A stretch of DNA of 64,000 nucleotides, from the NCBI GenBank assembly GCA_003567005.1, contig PXBF01000068.1, forward strand, positions 12,392 to 76,391. The letters are read 5' to 3'. Below are positions 40,943 through 51,301 of this stretch, one piece after another. The translations under genes and the position numbers were made by a program. This DNA comes from PVC group bacterium. GTDB taxonomy: Bacteria > Verrucomicrobiota > Kiritimatiellia > UBA8416. The notes under the pieces were generated by a model. That model made no database searches and was not told the origin of the DNA. It worked only from the letters and a program-made list of their open reading frames with translations. The first letter of the stretch is position 1; the number at the start of each line of letters is the position of its first letter.

Positions 40943-42201
40943 TCGTCTTCCTCCATCTCATTCCCGCGAATAATGGCTCCTTTCGCCAAAGGCGGCCCTA
41001 GAAGCTGATTGATAAACACCGACAACAGCACAACATTGACCAATGTCTCCACTACTTGTGCTTGCACGTCAGTCATATTCGCCGCCAGCGGTGATGCCTG
41101 GATCAGCAATACCAGTCCCAATGCAACACCCGCTTGCGGGAACATGCAAAGCCCTAAATTCAGCCGAATCGGTACCGCACATTGCGTAAATCTCCCTCCG
41201 AGGTAAGTCGTCCCCCACTTTGCCAGATTTCGACTGCATATAAACACAAACCCCAGCAACAAAACAGTCGGGCGCATCAGAATGGAAAGTTGCAACTCAC
41301 TACCCGCCAACACAAAAAATAATGCATAAAGCGGCGGTGTGAGCGGCTCGAGCAGTCGGAAAATACGGTGATGACGGGCCGAGACATTTGTCAGAACCGC
41401 TCCTGCGGTCATATTCATCAAAAGCGGAGAAAGATGAAATACGATCGCGATGGCTGTTGCCATACAAACAATCCCAAGCACGATCAGCAAAATCTCATTC
41501 GGATGGTTCTTGCGGGCAATTGACATATGCAAAATACTGCCCATAACCAGACCTGCTGCAAGGGATAGTACAACTTCACCCAGCGCACTCCAGAAAAGGC
41601 TACTCGCAGATTCTTCTCCCCCAGCCCAACCCAGCATCCCAGCGGCCAACGAAAAACAAATGCCAAACAAAATAACAGCGCCTGCATCCAGTAACGCAAC
41701 CGTGCCGTACAAACAATCTACGAAAAAGCCTTTTGCACGAAGCGATTGCACCATGGCAACAACCACGGCTGGAGAAGAGGTTGTGGCTATGGCCGCAAGT
41801 ATCATGGCGAAAGGCAAGGCCAGACCAGCCAGAACCATAGCACCCAGAACAATCACAAAGGTACCGACCAACTGAAACAATGAGATCCACAATACGGGGG
41901 ATCCCATGCGTTTGAGCTTCGATAGAGAAAACTCACTGCCAATCGTCAAGGCAATCAGTCCAAGCGCAATCTCCGTAATCATTTTCATCGAGCCAGCAAC
42001 CTGCAAAGGAACAATTCCCAGCATGCTGTCGCCCAGCATGACGCCCGCCAAAATGAACCCCGTTATTTCCGGCAATTTCACATAACGAGCCAAGATACCA
42101 ATGCAATAGCCCATGAGCAACATCGCCCCCACTGTGAACAATACATGTTCACTCAGTAGTGCTCGCAACGTGATCAGCGGTTCAATGAGAATATGCAACA
42201 T
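40939..42201 (-). CDS. Cation:proton antiporter (CPA family)
   Basis: LPEITGFILAG, IALTIGSEF, TTSSPA, ALLDA, FFVLAG, PQAGVALGL. Confidence 0.9.
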   Translation of the reverse strand: MLHILIEPLITLRALLSEHVLFTVGAMLLMGYCIGILARYVKLPEITGFILAGVMLGDSMLGIVPLQVAGSMKMITEIALGLIALTIGSEFSLSKLKRMGSPVLWISLFQLVGTFVIVLGAMVLAGLALPFAMILAAIATTSSPAVVVAMVQSLRAKGFFVDCLYGTVALLDAGAVILFGICFSLAAGMLGWAGGEESASSLFWSALGEVVLSLAAGLVMGSILHMSIARKNHPNEILLIVLGIVCMATAIAIVFHLSPLLMNMTAGAVLTNVSARHHRIFRLLEPLTPPLYALFFVLAGSELQLSILMRPTVLLLGFVFICSRNLAKWGTTYLGGRFTQCAVPIRLNLGLCMFPQAGVALGLVLLIQASPLAANMTDVQAQVVETLVNVVLLSVFINQLLGPPLAKGAIIRGNEMEEDE

Positions 42202-42211
42202 AAGCTATCTT

Positions 42212-43261
42212 TCAGGCATATTGATCCAACGCCCAGGCAGCATGCTCGCGAAGAATAGCGTCAGATCCATTTCGCAATTGTTCCAACGCAGCAATGCTGG
42301 CTGTATCCTGCAAATTTCCAGCTACGATGCAAGCATTTCTCTGCATCCGCCAGAGGCCTGTCCGCATGAGTGGCGTCCCGGAAAATCGTTTAGCAAAAGC
42401 GTTTTCATCCATCTTCAGAATTTTAGATGGCCAAATGCCGGGGCCAGCACGCCAAGCAAGAAAATCATCCTCTTTTGTCAACTGTTTACGCAATTGAAAC
42501 GGACAGACATCTTGACACAAATCGCAACCAAAAAGCCAAGTTCCCATGGGCTTACGTAACGCCAGAGGAATCGGCCCCTTATGCTCAATCGTAAGATACG
42601 AAATGCACAAACGCGCATCGATTTCCCCCGAACGGATCAAAGCGCCCGTTGGACATATATCCAGACATTTACGACATCCGGATGGACAGGCCCCATGCTT
42701 CGCTTCAACAAGAGGGGTGGCCGCCCAATGCCGCGTCGACAATACTTCTCCAATGACAAACCAGCTACCCAATGCGCTATGAATCAGCAGGGTATTTCGA
42801 CCGATAAAACCGCCCCCGCCCGCACATGCATAATAGCGCTCATCTAAAGGCAACGCATCCGTATAGCCCTTGAAAGCTTCCGCAGGATAGTTCTCGCGCA
42901 ACATACGCGCCGCTTTGCGCAATCGATTGCCAAGCACTTTGTGGTAATCGCGCCCCCAGGCATAACGTGCGATGCGCCCCTGCCCCGACTCACAACTGCC
43001 TGGTTGATAATAAGAAAGGCCAGAAATCAGTACAGAGCGACACCCCGGCAACATATGGCTCGGATCGTATTTGCCTTCCGCATGGCGTTCCAACCACTTC
43101 ATATCGCCATGCCGACCTGCCCGCAGCCAGGACTGGTAACGAGCCGTTGCCGCCGCATCCGGCCCCGCATCCGCCACGCCCAATAACTGCAAACCGACAT
43201 CTTGAAAGATTGCCGCCACATCCGCGGGAACAGCAGGAAAATAGGAGGACTGGGGCATCAT
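42212..43261 (-). CDS. queG: Epoxyqueuosine reductase QueG
   Basis: IARYAWGRDYH, FIGRN, CRKCLDICPTGA, CISYLTIE, FGCDLCQDVCP. Confidence 0.96.
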   Translation of the reverse strand: MMPQSSYFPAVPADVAAIFQDVGLQLLGVADAGPDAAATARYQSWLRAGRHGDMKWLERHAEGKYDPSHMLPGCRSVLISGLSYYQPGSCESGQGRIARYAWGRDYHKVLGNRLRKAARMLRENYPAEAFKGYTDALPLDERYYACAGGGGFIGRNTLLIHSALGSWFVIGEVLSTRHWAATPLVEAKHGACPSGCRKCLDICPTGALIRSGEIDARLCISYLTIEHKGPIPLALRKPMGTWLFGCDLCQDVCPFQLRKQLTKEDDFLAWRAGPGIWPSKILKMDENAFAKRFSGTPLMRTGLWRMQRNACIVAGNLQDTASIAALEQLRNGSDAILREHAAWALDQYA

Positions 43262-43303
43262 GGATAAGCCTCCCCATTCTCGTTCCGAGCACGCAAAAGG
43301 AGT

Positions 43304-44584
43304 CTAGTCGTTATTTGGATCATCCATTTCATCCTTTCGATGATAAACCGAACGAGCACGCCGCTGCGATGCATCATTCCATTGTAAAAGAAGCCACAAC
43401 CCCGCAGCACCGACCAAGACAATACCGGTAATAATCCAGAAAACGATTGATAAGGAAATGCCCGTAACCAAAAAAAACCAGCCGAGAACGGGTCCCAGGA
43501 TACCTCGCACGCCCATGAACCAGAAATGCAATCCAAGATAATGCGGCGTTCTATGCGCAGGCGCCAAACGCAAAACAGACAATAAACTGGCAATTTCCAA
43601 CCCTGCGATCATAAAGCGAAAGATGGCTTCTGCAGAGGCAACGACAATCACGGGATTGACTGTATGCATGGCTAGCGCCAACGCAGCGGGACGAATGGCC
43701 TTGAACGTCATGCATATCGCGAGAACAAACAGCGGATTGCCTGTTCGACGTGCGACCTTACTCCACAAAAAATATCCCCCTATGGAAGCAAGCGGACCCG
43801 CAATCCCCAATGCTGCCGCCACATCGCTATAACGCAAATTCAAAACATCCGTGAAATACACGGGCAAAACCGGCATGCCGATCTTCTCGGCAAACGTACC
43901 AATAAAAAACACCAGCAAAAAGATGCCAAATCGTCGATCTTCTAGCAAAACACGGAACTCTTCGCCAAATGCTAATGGCCGCGAACGTTGGGACGCACTC
44001 TCAATTTGACGGCGTGGAAGCGCAAAAAGAAAGCCCACAGTCGCCAATGCCAAAAGCCCTGCAAGCGGGAAAACAATACGATAGCTCCACACATTGACAT
44101 CAAAAAGATTACCCGCCAACCATGTAAGCGGAACCGACGTCAGAACCGTAGTCACACGAATCCATTTCATCGTATCGCCCTGTAGGCCCGGGCGCACATG
44201 ACCCCGCAATAAGTTACCCGTTAAGCTGATGGATGACGAGACGATTGCAACCACAACGGTTGCCAAAATCGTAAACGCTATCGGTCCTGTCGTTACGGCA
44301 AATCCCAGAAGGAGAAAGCAAGAGATCACGCGGGAAATACCGAGCAATCGACTCCAACCAATGTTTCCCGCCAAGCGTGCGATCCGCATCGAACCGAGAA
44401 ACCCCAGAAAGGGAGCCATTGCCAAAAGAGCCATGGCACTATCACCGGCTCCCAGCCTGCGCGCTACCACACCGTAAAAGGGAATGCCGATTCCATGTAT
44501 GAAAGCGAGCCCAACGGCATCCCACAAGGCTGCCCGCACAAAAGGCTGGCTCATTCTGGGGATTCGTCCGTATCGCTTCATCAA
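43304..44584 (-). CDS. MFS-type transporter
   Basis: 426 aa, two 6-TM halves, DRRF linker, GVRGILGP. Confidence 0.8.
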   Translation of the reverse strand: MMKRYGRIPRMSQPFVRAALWDAVGLAFIHGIGIPFYGVVARRLGAGDSAMALLAMAPFLGFLGSMRIARLAGNIGWSRLLGISRVISCFLLLGFAVTTGPIAFTILATVVVAIVSSSISLTGNLLRGHVRPGLQGDTMKWIRVTTVLTSVPLTWLAGNLFDVNVWSYRIVFPLAGLLALATVGFLFALPRRQIESASQRSRPLAFGEEFRVLLEDRRFGIFLLVFFIGTFAEKIGMPVLPVYFTDVLNLRYSDVAAALGIAGPLASIGGYFLWSKVARRTGNPLFVLAICMTFKAIRPAALALAMHTVNPVIVVASAEAIFRFMIAGLEIASLLSVLRLAPAHRTPHYLGLHFWFMGVRGILGPVLGWFFLVTGISLSIVFWIITGIVLVGAAGLWLLLQWNDASQRRARSVYHRKDEMDDPNND

Positions 44585-44632
44585 ACCAACGTACCCCTAC
44601 AGAAAAGCAAAGACAACGCAAAGGGAATCCCG

Positions 44633-44980
44633 TTAATCCGCCTTTCGGGACAAATGAATCGATAACACCTGCTCATCATAACATACTTCAGATAAATCAC
44701 TCATAAGCGCAACCAGATACAGCTCGTTACTGTTCTCTACCTCGCCAGCCAGTTGCCAGTAATAATCCTCTAATTCAGGATTGCGTTCCGCTGATAACTT
44801 ATCACGCAGCTCCTTGATCTCTTGTTCGCTCACGTCGACATTTTCAAAACGAAAAAGCAGCTCATATCCCGATTTGCACTTTTCTGTCGTAAAATACGTT
44901 TTGGTCGGCTCGTACTTGTACATGCAAACCGTCATCACTTCATCCGCAATTTTCAAAACTTTCTTCAATTCATGTTTCAT
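44633..44980 (-). CDS. Small acidic conserved hypothetical protein coupled to DUF1576 gene
   Basis: AAGGAGG RBS, ATGA overlap; RNPELEDYYWQLAGE..ELYLVALM. Confidence 0.75.
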   Translation of the reverse strand: MKHELKKVLKIADEVMTVCMYKYEPTKTYFTTEKCKSGYELLFRFENVDVSEQEIKELRDKLSAERNPELEDYYWQLAGEVENSNELYLVALMSDLSEVCYDEQVLSIHLSRKAD

Positions 44981-46254
44981 GATCTATCCTCCTTTTTGAG
45001 GGAATTGATGATCGGCACGAGAAAAGACGCAACAAAGCCCCCCGCAAACCCATTATTGTACAAATTTACCCCGCCATGCAATACGCCAACATTCATCACA
45101 ATCGACAAATGACAAAATCCTGCAACGATTCCCGCAAAAACTCCGAATTGACCAGCAATTGGTGCTAATGTAGTACCAAAAAGTCCAGCAATGATGACCG
45201 GCGTACTCCCTCCATCCCACATTTTTAACATAGACGCAAGATACACCCCTAGTAAAATAGGCACGCAATTTTTAACATGTTTACCAAATGCCGCGAATCC
45301 CACAACGGTTAAAATACCACCAATCACCGGCCCATTGAAACGGCCTCCAAGCGCAATCACAAAAAAAGATGCAATGAGCCCCATGAACCCCATATTGAAA
45401 ACGCTCGAAGGCACATCACCAATCCGCATAAAATCACTGATCAACCGACCCGACGATGCATGAATGAGACGCATTTTTTCTGCTATCACGCGATTCCCAC
45501 ATCGATCTAATACATATCCCGCAAACATAAGAAACACAAAAAAAACAAGTAAAAGGACTTTCAGGAAAAAGTCATAGCGATCTTCTAACAGCGATGTTGG
45601 CGCTACGGTAAAGTCAAAACTACGTAGCCAAGCCGTAAGAAAAGACCCCACGATGCCCCCCGTAAATCCGATATTGTAAATATTGTAACCATCGTGAAAA
45701 CGCAGCATGTGCGATGCGAGTGGCGGCAACACGAATCCGGCCAATACCCCCAAAAGGGCTCCAGTAACAGCGGCAACGCCGCCCGAAAGGTGCGAGCCGA
45801 AGGTAATCGCACTTACAAGCGGAGCCAAGGTTGTACCAAACAAAGCAACCAGTGCATAGTTACGCGTCGGAACCCTTTGCACCTTGGCAAACAGAGCAAC
45901 GCCAATAAATATCGGCCATACATTGAAAATATTTTTACCAAAGAAAGCAAACCCGATCACTGTATACACAGCAGCAACAAAGGGGCCATTCAACTCTACT
46001 CGCAACAACGCCAGTAATACGCAGCAGATGATTCCGCATAGCCCCGCATTCACCAGTGTGGCACCTACCCCCCCAATATGTAGGTAATCATGCAACAGCA
46101 CACTGGGTGATGTGATGATATTTCGCATGCCCGCTATAATGGCGCTTGGTGTCTCACTGAATAGCCCAACGATCAATAACAATACAGGAAATACGTAAAT
46201 CCCGTATTGTAATACCTTATCGTACCGCATTTCGTCTGGCTCATCTTTTACCAT
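44977..46254 (-). CDS. DUF1576-like membrane protein (two internal repeats)
   Basis: Duplicated motifs GF(A/AA)FFGKN/FGKH, LFGTTLAP x2, HDGYNIYNIGF / HGGVNLYNNGF. Confidence 0.85.
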   Translation of the reverse strand: MVKDEPDEMRYDKVLQYGIYVFPVLLLIVGLFSETPSAIIAGMRNIITSPSVLLHDYLHIGGVGATLVNAGLCGIICCVLLALLRVELNGPFVAAVYTVIGFAFFGKNIFNVWPIFIGVALFAKVQRVPTRNYALVALFGTTLAPLVSAITFGSHLSGGVAAVTGALLGVLAGFVLPPLASHMLRFHDGYNIYNIGFTGGIVGSFLTAWLRSFDFTVAPTSLLEDRYDFFLKVLLLVFFVFLMFAGYVLDRCGNRVIAEKMRLIHASSGRLISDFMRIGDVPSSVFNMGFMGLIASFFVIALGGRFNGPVIGGILTVVGFAAFGKHVKNCVPILLGVYLASMLKMWDGGSTPVIIAGLFGTTLAPIAGQFGVFAGIVAGFCHLSIVMNVGVLHGGVNLYNNGFAGGFVASFLVPIINSLKKEDRS

Positions 46255-46262
46255 TATGCCCC

Positions 46263-47042
46263 CTATCCATGTATACATGCTTCTATATCAAGATCATACT
46301 GCAACACAGGAAAGTTTCTCCTTAACTGCCGGACTTGGTGTACGTCTACGTCCACCAAAAGAAAAGCAGGATTTTGCTCATCCGCTTCGGCGCGGATTCC
46401 GCCATCCGGTCCACAAACCATCGATTTTCCCCCAAATGACAAGTTGCCCCGACTTCCGCAGTAATTCACGCCAACAACGTATGCCTGATTCTCCAATGCA
46501 CGCGCACGCAATAATAGCTGCCAATCATCAATCCGCTTCCACGGCCATGCAGAAACCACGACCAGCACTTCTGCGCCAGCTTTGGCATAAGACCGGTATA
46601 ATGCAGGAAATCGAAGGTCAAAACAAATAGATAACCCAAAGAGCACACCATCTACATCAATGAGACAAGGATCTCTTCCAGGCAAGAAATGAAGATCTTC
46701 GCGCGCATCCGAATTCGAGAAAATATGCAGCTTCTCATAAGGAACGATAAGGTCCCCCCGCGGAGAAAAGCTGTACAGTGCATTGGCGTCCCGTGTCCTA
46801 CCCGGCTTGCGCATGCCGGCAAATATCCAAAGTCCAGATTCCTGTGACTGCTTCGCTAAAAAACGCGGGGACTCCGCTGTCTGAGCAGACGCGATATCCA
46901 AGTCATATCCACTATCAGATAGCTCCGGAAAAAACACTGCATGGCAACCGGAAGCAACAGCAGTTGCAATATAGTCTTCGTAATGCGCCGTTGTGTTCGG
47001 TATCACGCTACAAGCAGATAATTGGACAACGCCGACGCGCAT
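46263..47042 (-). CDS. Carbon-nitrogen hydrolase (nitrilase/omega-amidase family)
   Basis: FFPEL, YEKLH, ICFDLRFP (E-K-C triad), RARALENQ. Confidence 0.93.
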   Translation of the reverse strand: MRVGVVQLSACSVIPNTTAHYEDYIATAVASGCHAVFFPELSDSGYDLDIASAQTAESPRFLAKQSQESGLWIFAGMRKPGRTRDANALYSFSPRGDLIVPYEKLHIFSNSDAREDLHFLPGRDPCLIDVDGVLFGLSICFDLRFPALYRSYAKAGAEVLVVVSAWPWKRIDDWQLLLRARALENQAYVVGVNYCGSRGNLSFGGKSMVCGPDGGIRAEADEQNPAFLLVDVDVHQVRQLRRNFPVLQYDLDIEACIHG

Positions 47043-47044
47043 AC

Positions 47045-47674
47045 CTATTCTCCCTCACCTGCATCATCCGGCAACACCGCGTCAAGGGCCGCCTGCTTCA
47101 CACCGTCATCAACTGCTTCGAATGCCATGCGATAGGTATGAATGCTATCCACATACTGCTGAACGTCTTTAGGCGACACCTTCTGCGACTTTTTACCTGT
47201 TCGATAAAGGGCATGTAGAATATCTGGCAAAGGAATCAAATCCTCAATTTGCCGCGCTGCACTCGTACGTCCATCATAGAGCCCAATGCGTTGCAAGACT
47301 TCCAGCATTTTCGAACAAAGTTGCGTAGTACAAGTCACCGGCCGACATTTCTGCAAACGGCAGCCCTGTCTGCCGAGCGCCGGGCAAGGACCATTGCCCG
47401 GCATGCGCCCCATCGGCAGTGGTTCCAATCTTGCATACCACTTTCGATCAAAATGCGCCTGAACCGGATTTAAGGTGTCCCAGTGATCGTGTACTTGGTT
47501 ATCAATCATACAACAGCACCAGGATTCCCGCGCATCACGCTTTCCGGCACCATGCTCTCGTAACGTTTTACGGGCGCATCGACCACAAAGAGGCCCAAAA
47601 CCATCAAACAATTTCCACAAGGCACGCTCAATTTTATGAAAATGCTGCAAATCGCGACTATGAATGTTTCCCAT
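47045..47674 (-). CDS. Cys-rich hypothetical protein (YkgJ-like metal cluster)
   Basis: CGRC..WCCC..CPALGRQGCRL..RPVTC..C; start after GAGGTG. Confidence 0.65.
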   Translation of the reverse strand: MGNIHSRDLQHFHKIERALWKLFDGFGPLCGRCARKTLREHGAGKRDARESWCCCMIDNQVHDHWDTLNPVQAHFDRKWYARLEPLPMGRMPGNGPCPALGRQGCRLQKCRPVTCTTQLCSKMLEVLQRIGLYDGRTSAARQIEDLIPLPDILHALYRTGKKSQKVSPKDVQQYVDSIHTYRMAFEAVDDGVKQAALDAVLPDDAGEGE

Positions 47675-47694
47675 GACGCACCTCAAACTGTTAC

Positions 47695-50600
47695 TTAACG
47701 CCTCAGGCCAAAAGGACTGGACCCCTGACCGGATTGCTCCTGTAACAGTTGGCTTAACCTAGGATGCGACTGAATCGTCATTTGTGCTTCTGTACCGCCA
47801 TAGCGCATAGCTGTGCGCAGGGCATTGCTCGCAGCCTGTACCTCATTGCGCGCAAGCCGAAACTCCGCCAGCTCAATCCACTCTTCCCATGCTTGCGGGT
47901 TCCGATCCAGGTATTTCTCCAAGACCTCGACAGCCGCATCATAATCCTCGATAACGCGCAACGTGGCGAGAGCATCCAGCAGGGCTTCCGGTGCTGCATC
48001 AGAGGGCAAGCGTTCAAGTGCTAACGCAACCACTTCTCCTGCACGCGCACGCATCTCGGCCTGCGCATACATGCGAGCCAACGGCAGCAATAAAAAGGCA
48101 GGCGCCTCAGGGTTCGAAACCAAACTATCCGCCAAGCGGCGAAAACGGTCACGCTGCCCACGATGAAGATACAATTGCGCCAATTGCAGCGCATCTTGCG
48201 CGCCAATGGTTCCCTCCTGCAATTGACGTTCCAGCTCTCTTACGTGGACTTGCATACGCTCCACGCGGTCGACTTGTTCCAAAAAATGATCGATGCGCGT
48301 ATTCGCAGGGTCGCGTTCCTTAAAAGATGACATCAGCTCCCGTGCATCGTCAAAACGAGTTAAACGCATATACAATTCAGCTAATCTGAAATGCGCTTCG
48401 GGACTCAACGGATACAGTGCCAAAGACTCGTGAAAGGCGATTTCGGCTTCACGGATCATACCGCGGTGGGCATATAAGCCTGCAATCGCACTGCGTAATT
48501 TCGAGAATGACTTTTGCCCTGGAACATCACGCCGAAACATCGGGTGCGCTAAAAAGCGTCGCGTGTACCAATCCCAAAAATCTAAATCATCTTCAATCGT
48601 TTCGCGCGGTATCCGATCAAGTGGTTCCGAATTGATCTTCATAATCAAACCATGCGGCGAAAGATACGGATACATCCAACGCATGACATAACTCTCCTCA
48701 ATATAAAAATCATGTCGGTCTCGGTTATGTTCAAATATCTTGCGCGCTAGGATCGCATTAATCTCCATAACCCCCATTACACCGCTTACCTGTACACGCC
48801 CCCCCTCAACCGTAACACCCGGCACCGACTGCCGCACCCCCGTTTCCATTTCTCGGACAAATTGCCTAAAAGCTGCGGCATTGTCCGCCACACTCGGAAT
48901 CCAGATGTCATTGCCATATAAATCACGCATAACAGCCATATACGTGCCATCTGCTAATGCATTCTGCGTAATTAAATGAACGTCTGGACGGACATCGGCG
49001 GAGTAAATCATGTAGGTCGGCACAAAACGGCCGGGATCCGTTCCCCCAAAGAAAATAGCATCAGGACCCATTTCTGAGGGAAAAGACGGATTGGGCAAAG
49101 GCTCTTCATCTGGCGCCAGCTCCTCTAGGATTCCCACGGCACCGCGTAACGCATAATGACCAAACTGCCATCCAAAATCACGGTTGTGTTGATCCGCTCC
49201 ACCATAAACCAAAAGTAAACGCTCATTAAAAGCATTCGACCAAATAGGAACCACAGGTAATGCCAAGGCAATAAGGAGTGCGAAAGAACTGGCACCCGGG
49301 GAAACATGCCGTAGCTTGTCATCCAAATACGCCAGCAGAAATACCAAGCCGTAACCTACCCAGAAAGAAAACAAAAGATGCGACGATATGAATTTTACGC
49401 GTTGAATAAACGTGTCTTGAATGTCCATTTGCAAATCGGCCAAGGCAATTAGCCCCAAACTGAGCGTAACAAATGCAATCAGGGTAGACACCATCCAACG
49501 CTGTACACCGGCATCAACCGTCAGTATAAAACGATCTTTCAGCGAAACCACTTTTAGCGCCAACCATATAAGTAGCACTGGCACAACCAGAAGCGCAGGA
49601 ATAAGCAGTAATTCGGCCGCAAACCCGGGAGGCAAGGGATCCCCTGTCCGCAACGGTTCAATGACGGACAAGAACTTACGCATCACCAGTGCGAGATAAA
49701 TGAGGCCAATCCCGACTACAACCAAAACGGCTGTAATGCGTTCCCATGCTCTCGCGCCACGAGCGAATACATGCTCCTCCCATAACCCCCTGAAGCGTGT
49801 AACAAGCGTCATCGTTGCCCCTATAGCCAAAAGCAAAAAGACCCCGAATGAAGGTATTTTATAAAAGGGGAAATACTGAGCCAGCGGCAACAATAACAGC
49901 GCAAACAGCGTGAGAAGAATACCCCATTTCATCGCATCAAATGGAGGTTCGTTGCCTTTCCGGTTCCAGCGCCACGTACAAAATGGTAGAAATGCAACCA
50001 GCGACACGAACATGGTAAAGTTCAACCGCAAATCGGCCAGATATGTGCCGATTTGCTCAACAAACCGCCAGGAAAAGATGTCAACCGGGGCAATTTCCTC
50101 ATACTGTCCGCGACTGATGGCATGCATAAAACCATCCCATGTGCGCGGATATCCCCAGTTCATGGGGGGATTACGCAAATCCGACACGATCGGCATGTAG
50201 GCATAGACCGCAACACCGACTTGCGCCAGCAAAATCGTGATGGCTACCGTTTTACCGCGCGGGAGAAAATAATACGAAAGGATCAGCAAAGTACCATTGA
50301 GTCCCAAATACCAATACCACAACGGCTCCGTGGGATGCTCAATGGCTGGCAGAATGCCCACGTAAACCAAGGCAACGGCCCCTACCAAAGGACCGCCGAC
50401 AAGCGCAAAATCCCGAAACAATTCGAAATCCTTGAACAATACGACGATTGCCAAGGCTAAGGCCGCAAGCAATAGCACCTGGTAATTTGTCAAACCAATA
50501 CCAAAAACAAGCGCAAGCCAATATAAATACTTGTCTTTCGGGCGATTGAGCCACAGATACACGAAAAGCAAGACAAAGACTAAAAAGAACGCATTTAGAC

Positions 50601-51096
50601 TATATACCTCGATAATTGTCGACTGGGACCACATGATGGGCGTAAAGGCAAAAAACAGACTACTGGAAACACCCGCAACAAAACAAATAGCATTTTCCAT
50701 CTTCTTGGTCATGTCATGCGAAATGGCCTGCGAGAAATACAAAACATCGCGGCCTGACCGGCATACGAGTATGGCCGTCAAGGCCGCAGCCAGGGCACCG
50801 AAAACCGCAGAAACAAAACCGATACCCCACGCAGGATTCGGTTGTCCCCGGAACGTAATGAAAGAAAATACCCTTGCAAAAACCCACGCAATCATGGTCC
50901 AGCTCGGATATCCTGGCGGATGGGGAACACCTAGCCAGTCAGCGGCAACTGCGAATTCGCCTGAATCTTCTAGCGTTACAGTTGGAGCCAATGTAATTGT
51001 GTAGACAACAAGTGAAATGAACCCCGAAATCCAAAATGCCAACCAATCAATGCGCCGGAAAAAAGGCCCCTGCTTTATGTTATTTGATGCATGCAT
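47695..51096 (-). CDS. DUF2723 (TMEM260-like) GT-C membrane protein with C-terminal TPRs
   Basis: TLAPTVTLEDSGEF, GVPHPPGYP, WSQSTIIEVY, GGTDPGRF, VRPDV; TPR tail; start moved to MHASNN. Confidence 0.88.
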   Translation of the reverse strand: MHASNNIKQGPFFRRIDWLAFWISGFISLVVYTITLAPTVTLEDSGEFAVAADWLGVPHPPGYPSWTMIAWVFARVFSFITFRGQPNPAWGIGFVSAVFGALAAALTAILVCRSGRDVLYFSQAISHDMTKKMENAICFVAGVSSSLFFAFTPIMWSQSTIIEVYSLNAFFLVFVLLFVYLWLNRPKDKYLYWLALVFGIGLTNYQVLLLAALALAIVVLFKDFELFRDFALVGGPLVGAVALVYVGILPAIEHPTEPLWYWYLGLNGTLLILSYYFLPRGKTVAITILLAQVGVAVYAYMPIVSDLRNPPMNWGYPRTWDGFMHAISRGQYEEIAPVDIFSWRFVEQIGTYLADLRLNFTMFVSLVAFLPFCTWRWNRKGNEPPFDAMKWGILLTLFALLLLPLAQYFPFYKIPSFGVFLLLAIGATMTLVTRFRGLWEEHVFARGARAWERITAVLVVVGIGLIYLALVMRKFLSVIEPLRTGDPLPPGFAAELLLIPALLVVPVLLIWLALKVVSLKDRFILTVDAGVQRWMVSTLIAFVTLSLGLIALADLQMDIQDTFIQRVKFISSHLLFSFWVGYGLVFLLAYLDDKLRHVSPGASSFALLIALALPVVPIWSNAFNERLLLVYGGADQHNRDFGWQFGHYALRGAVGILEELAPDEEPLPNPSFPSEMGPDAIFFGGTDPGRFVPTYMIYSADVRPDVHLITQNALADGTYMAVMRDLYGNDIWIPSVADNAAAFRQFVREMETGVRQSVPGVTVEGGRVQVSGVMGVMEINAILARKIFEHNRDRHDFYIEESYVMRWMYPYLSPHGLIMKINSEPLDRIPRETIEDDLDFWDWYTRRFLAHPMFRRDVPGQKSFSKLRSAIAGLYAHRGMIREAEIAFHESLALYPLSPEAHFRLAELYMRLTRFDDARELMSSFKERDPANTRIDHFLEQVDRVERMQVHVRELERQLQEGTIGAQDALQLAQLYLHRGQRDRFRRLADSLVSNPEAPAFLLLPLARMYAQAEMRARAGEVVALALERLPSDAAPEALLDALATLRVIEDYDAAVEVLEKYLDRNPQAWEEWIELAEFRLARNEVQAASNALRTAMRYGGTEAQMTIQSHPRLSQLLQEQSGQGSSPFGLRR

Positions 51097-51301
51097 ACCT
51101 TTTGTGGATTCCTCCCAAATAAATGTAACTACATATAAAATCGCTCTTTTTTTGCGTTTTGTTTGTACCACGATGCGTCTGCTAGATGCAAGAATCAAGC
51201 CCATCCAGTTGTGTGTGAATTGACAGCATCCCAAAGACCCTTTACCATAACAACAGTTTTTACAACAAAACGCCACAAACAGGAAAAAAGGAACGGTGTA
51301 C

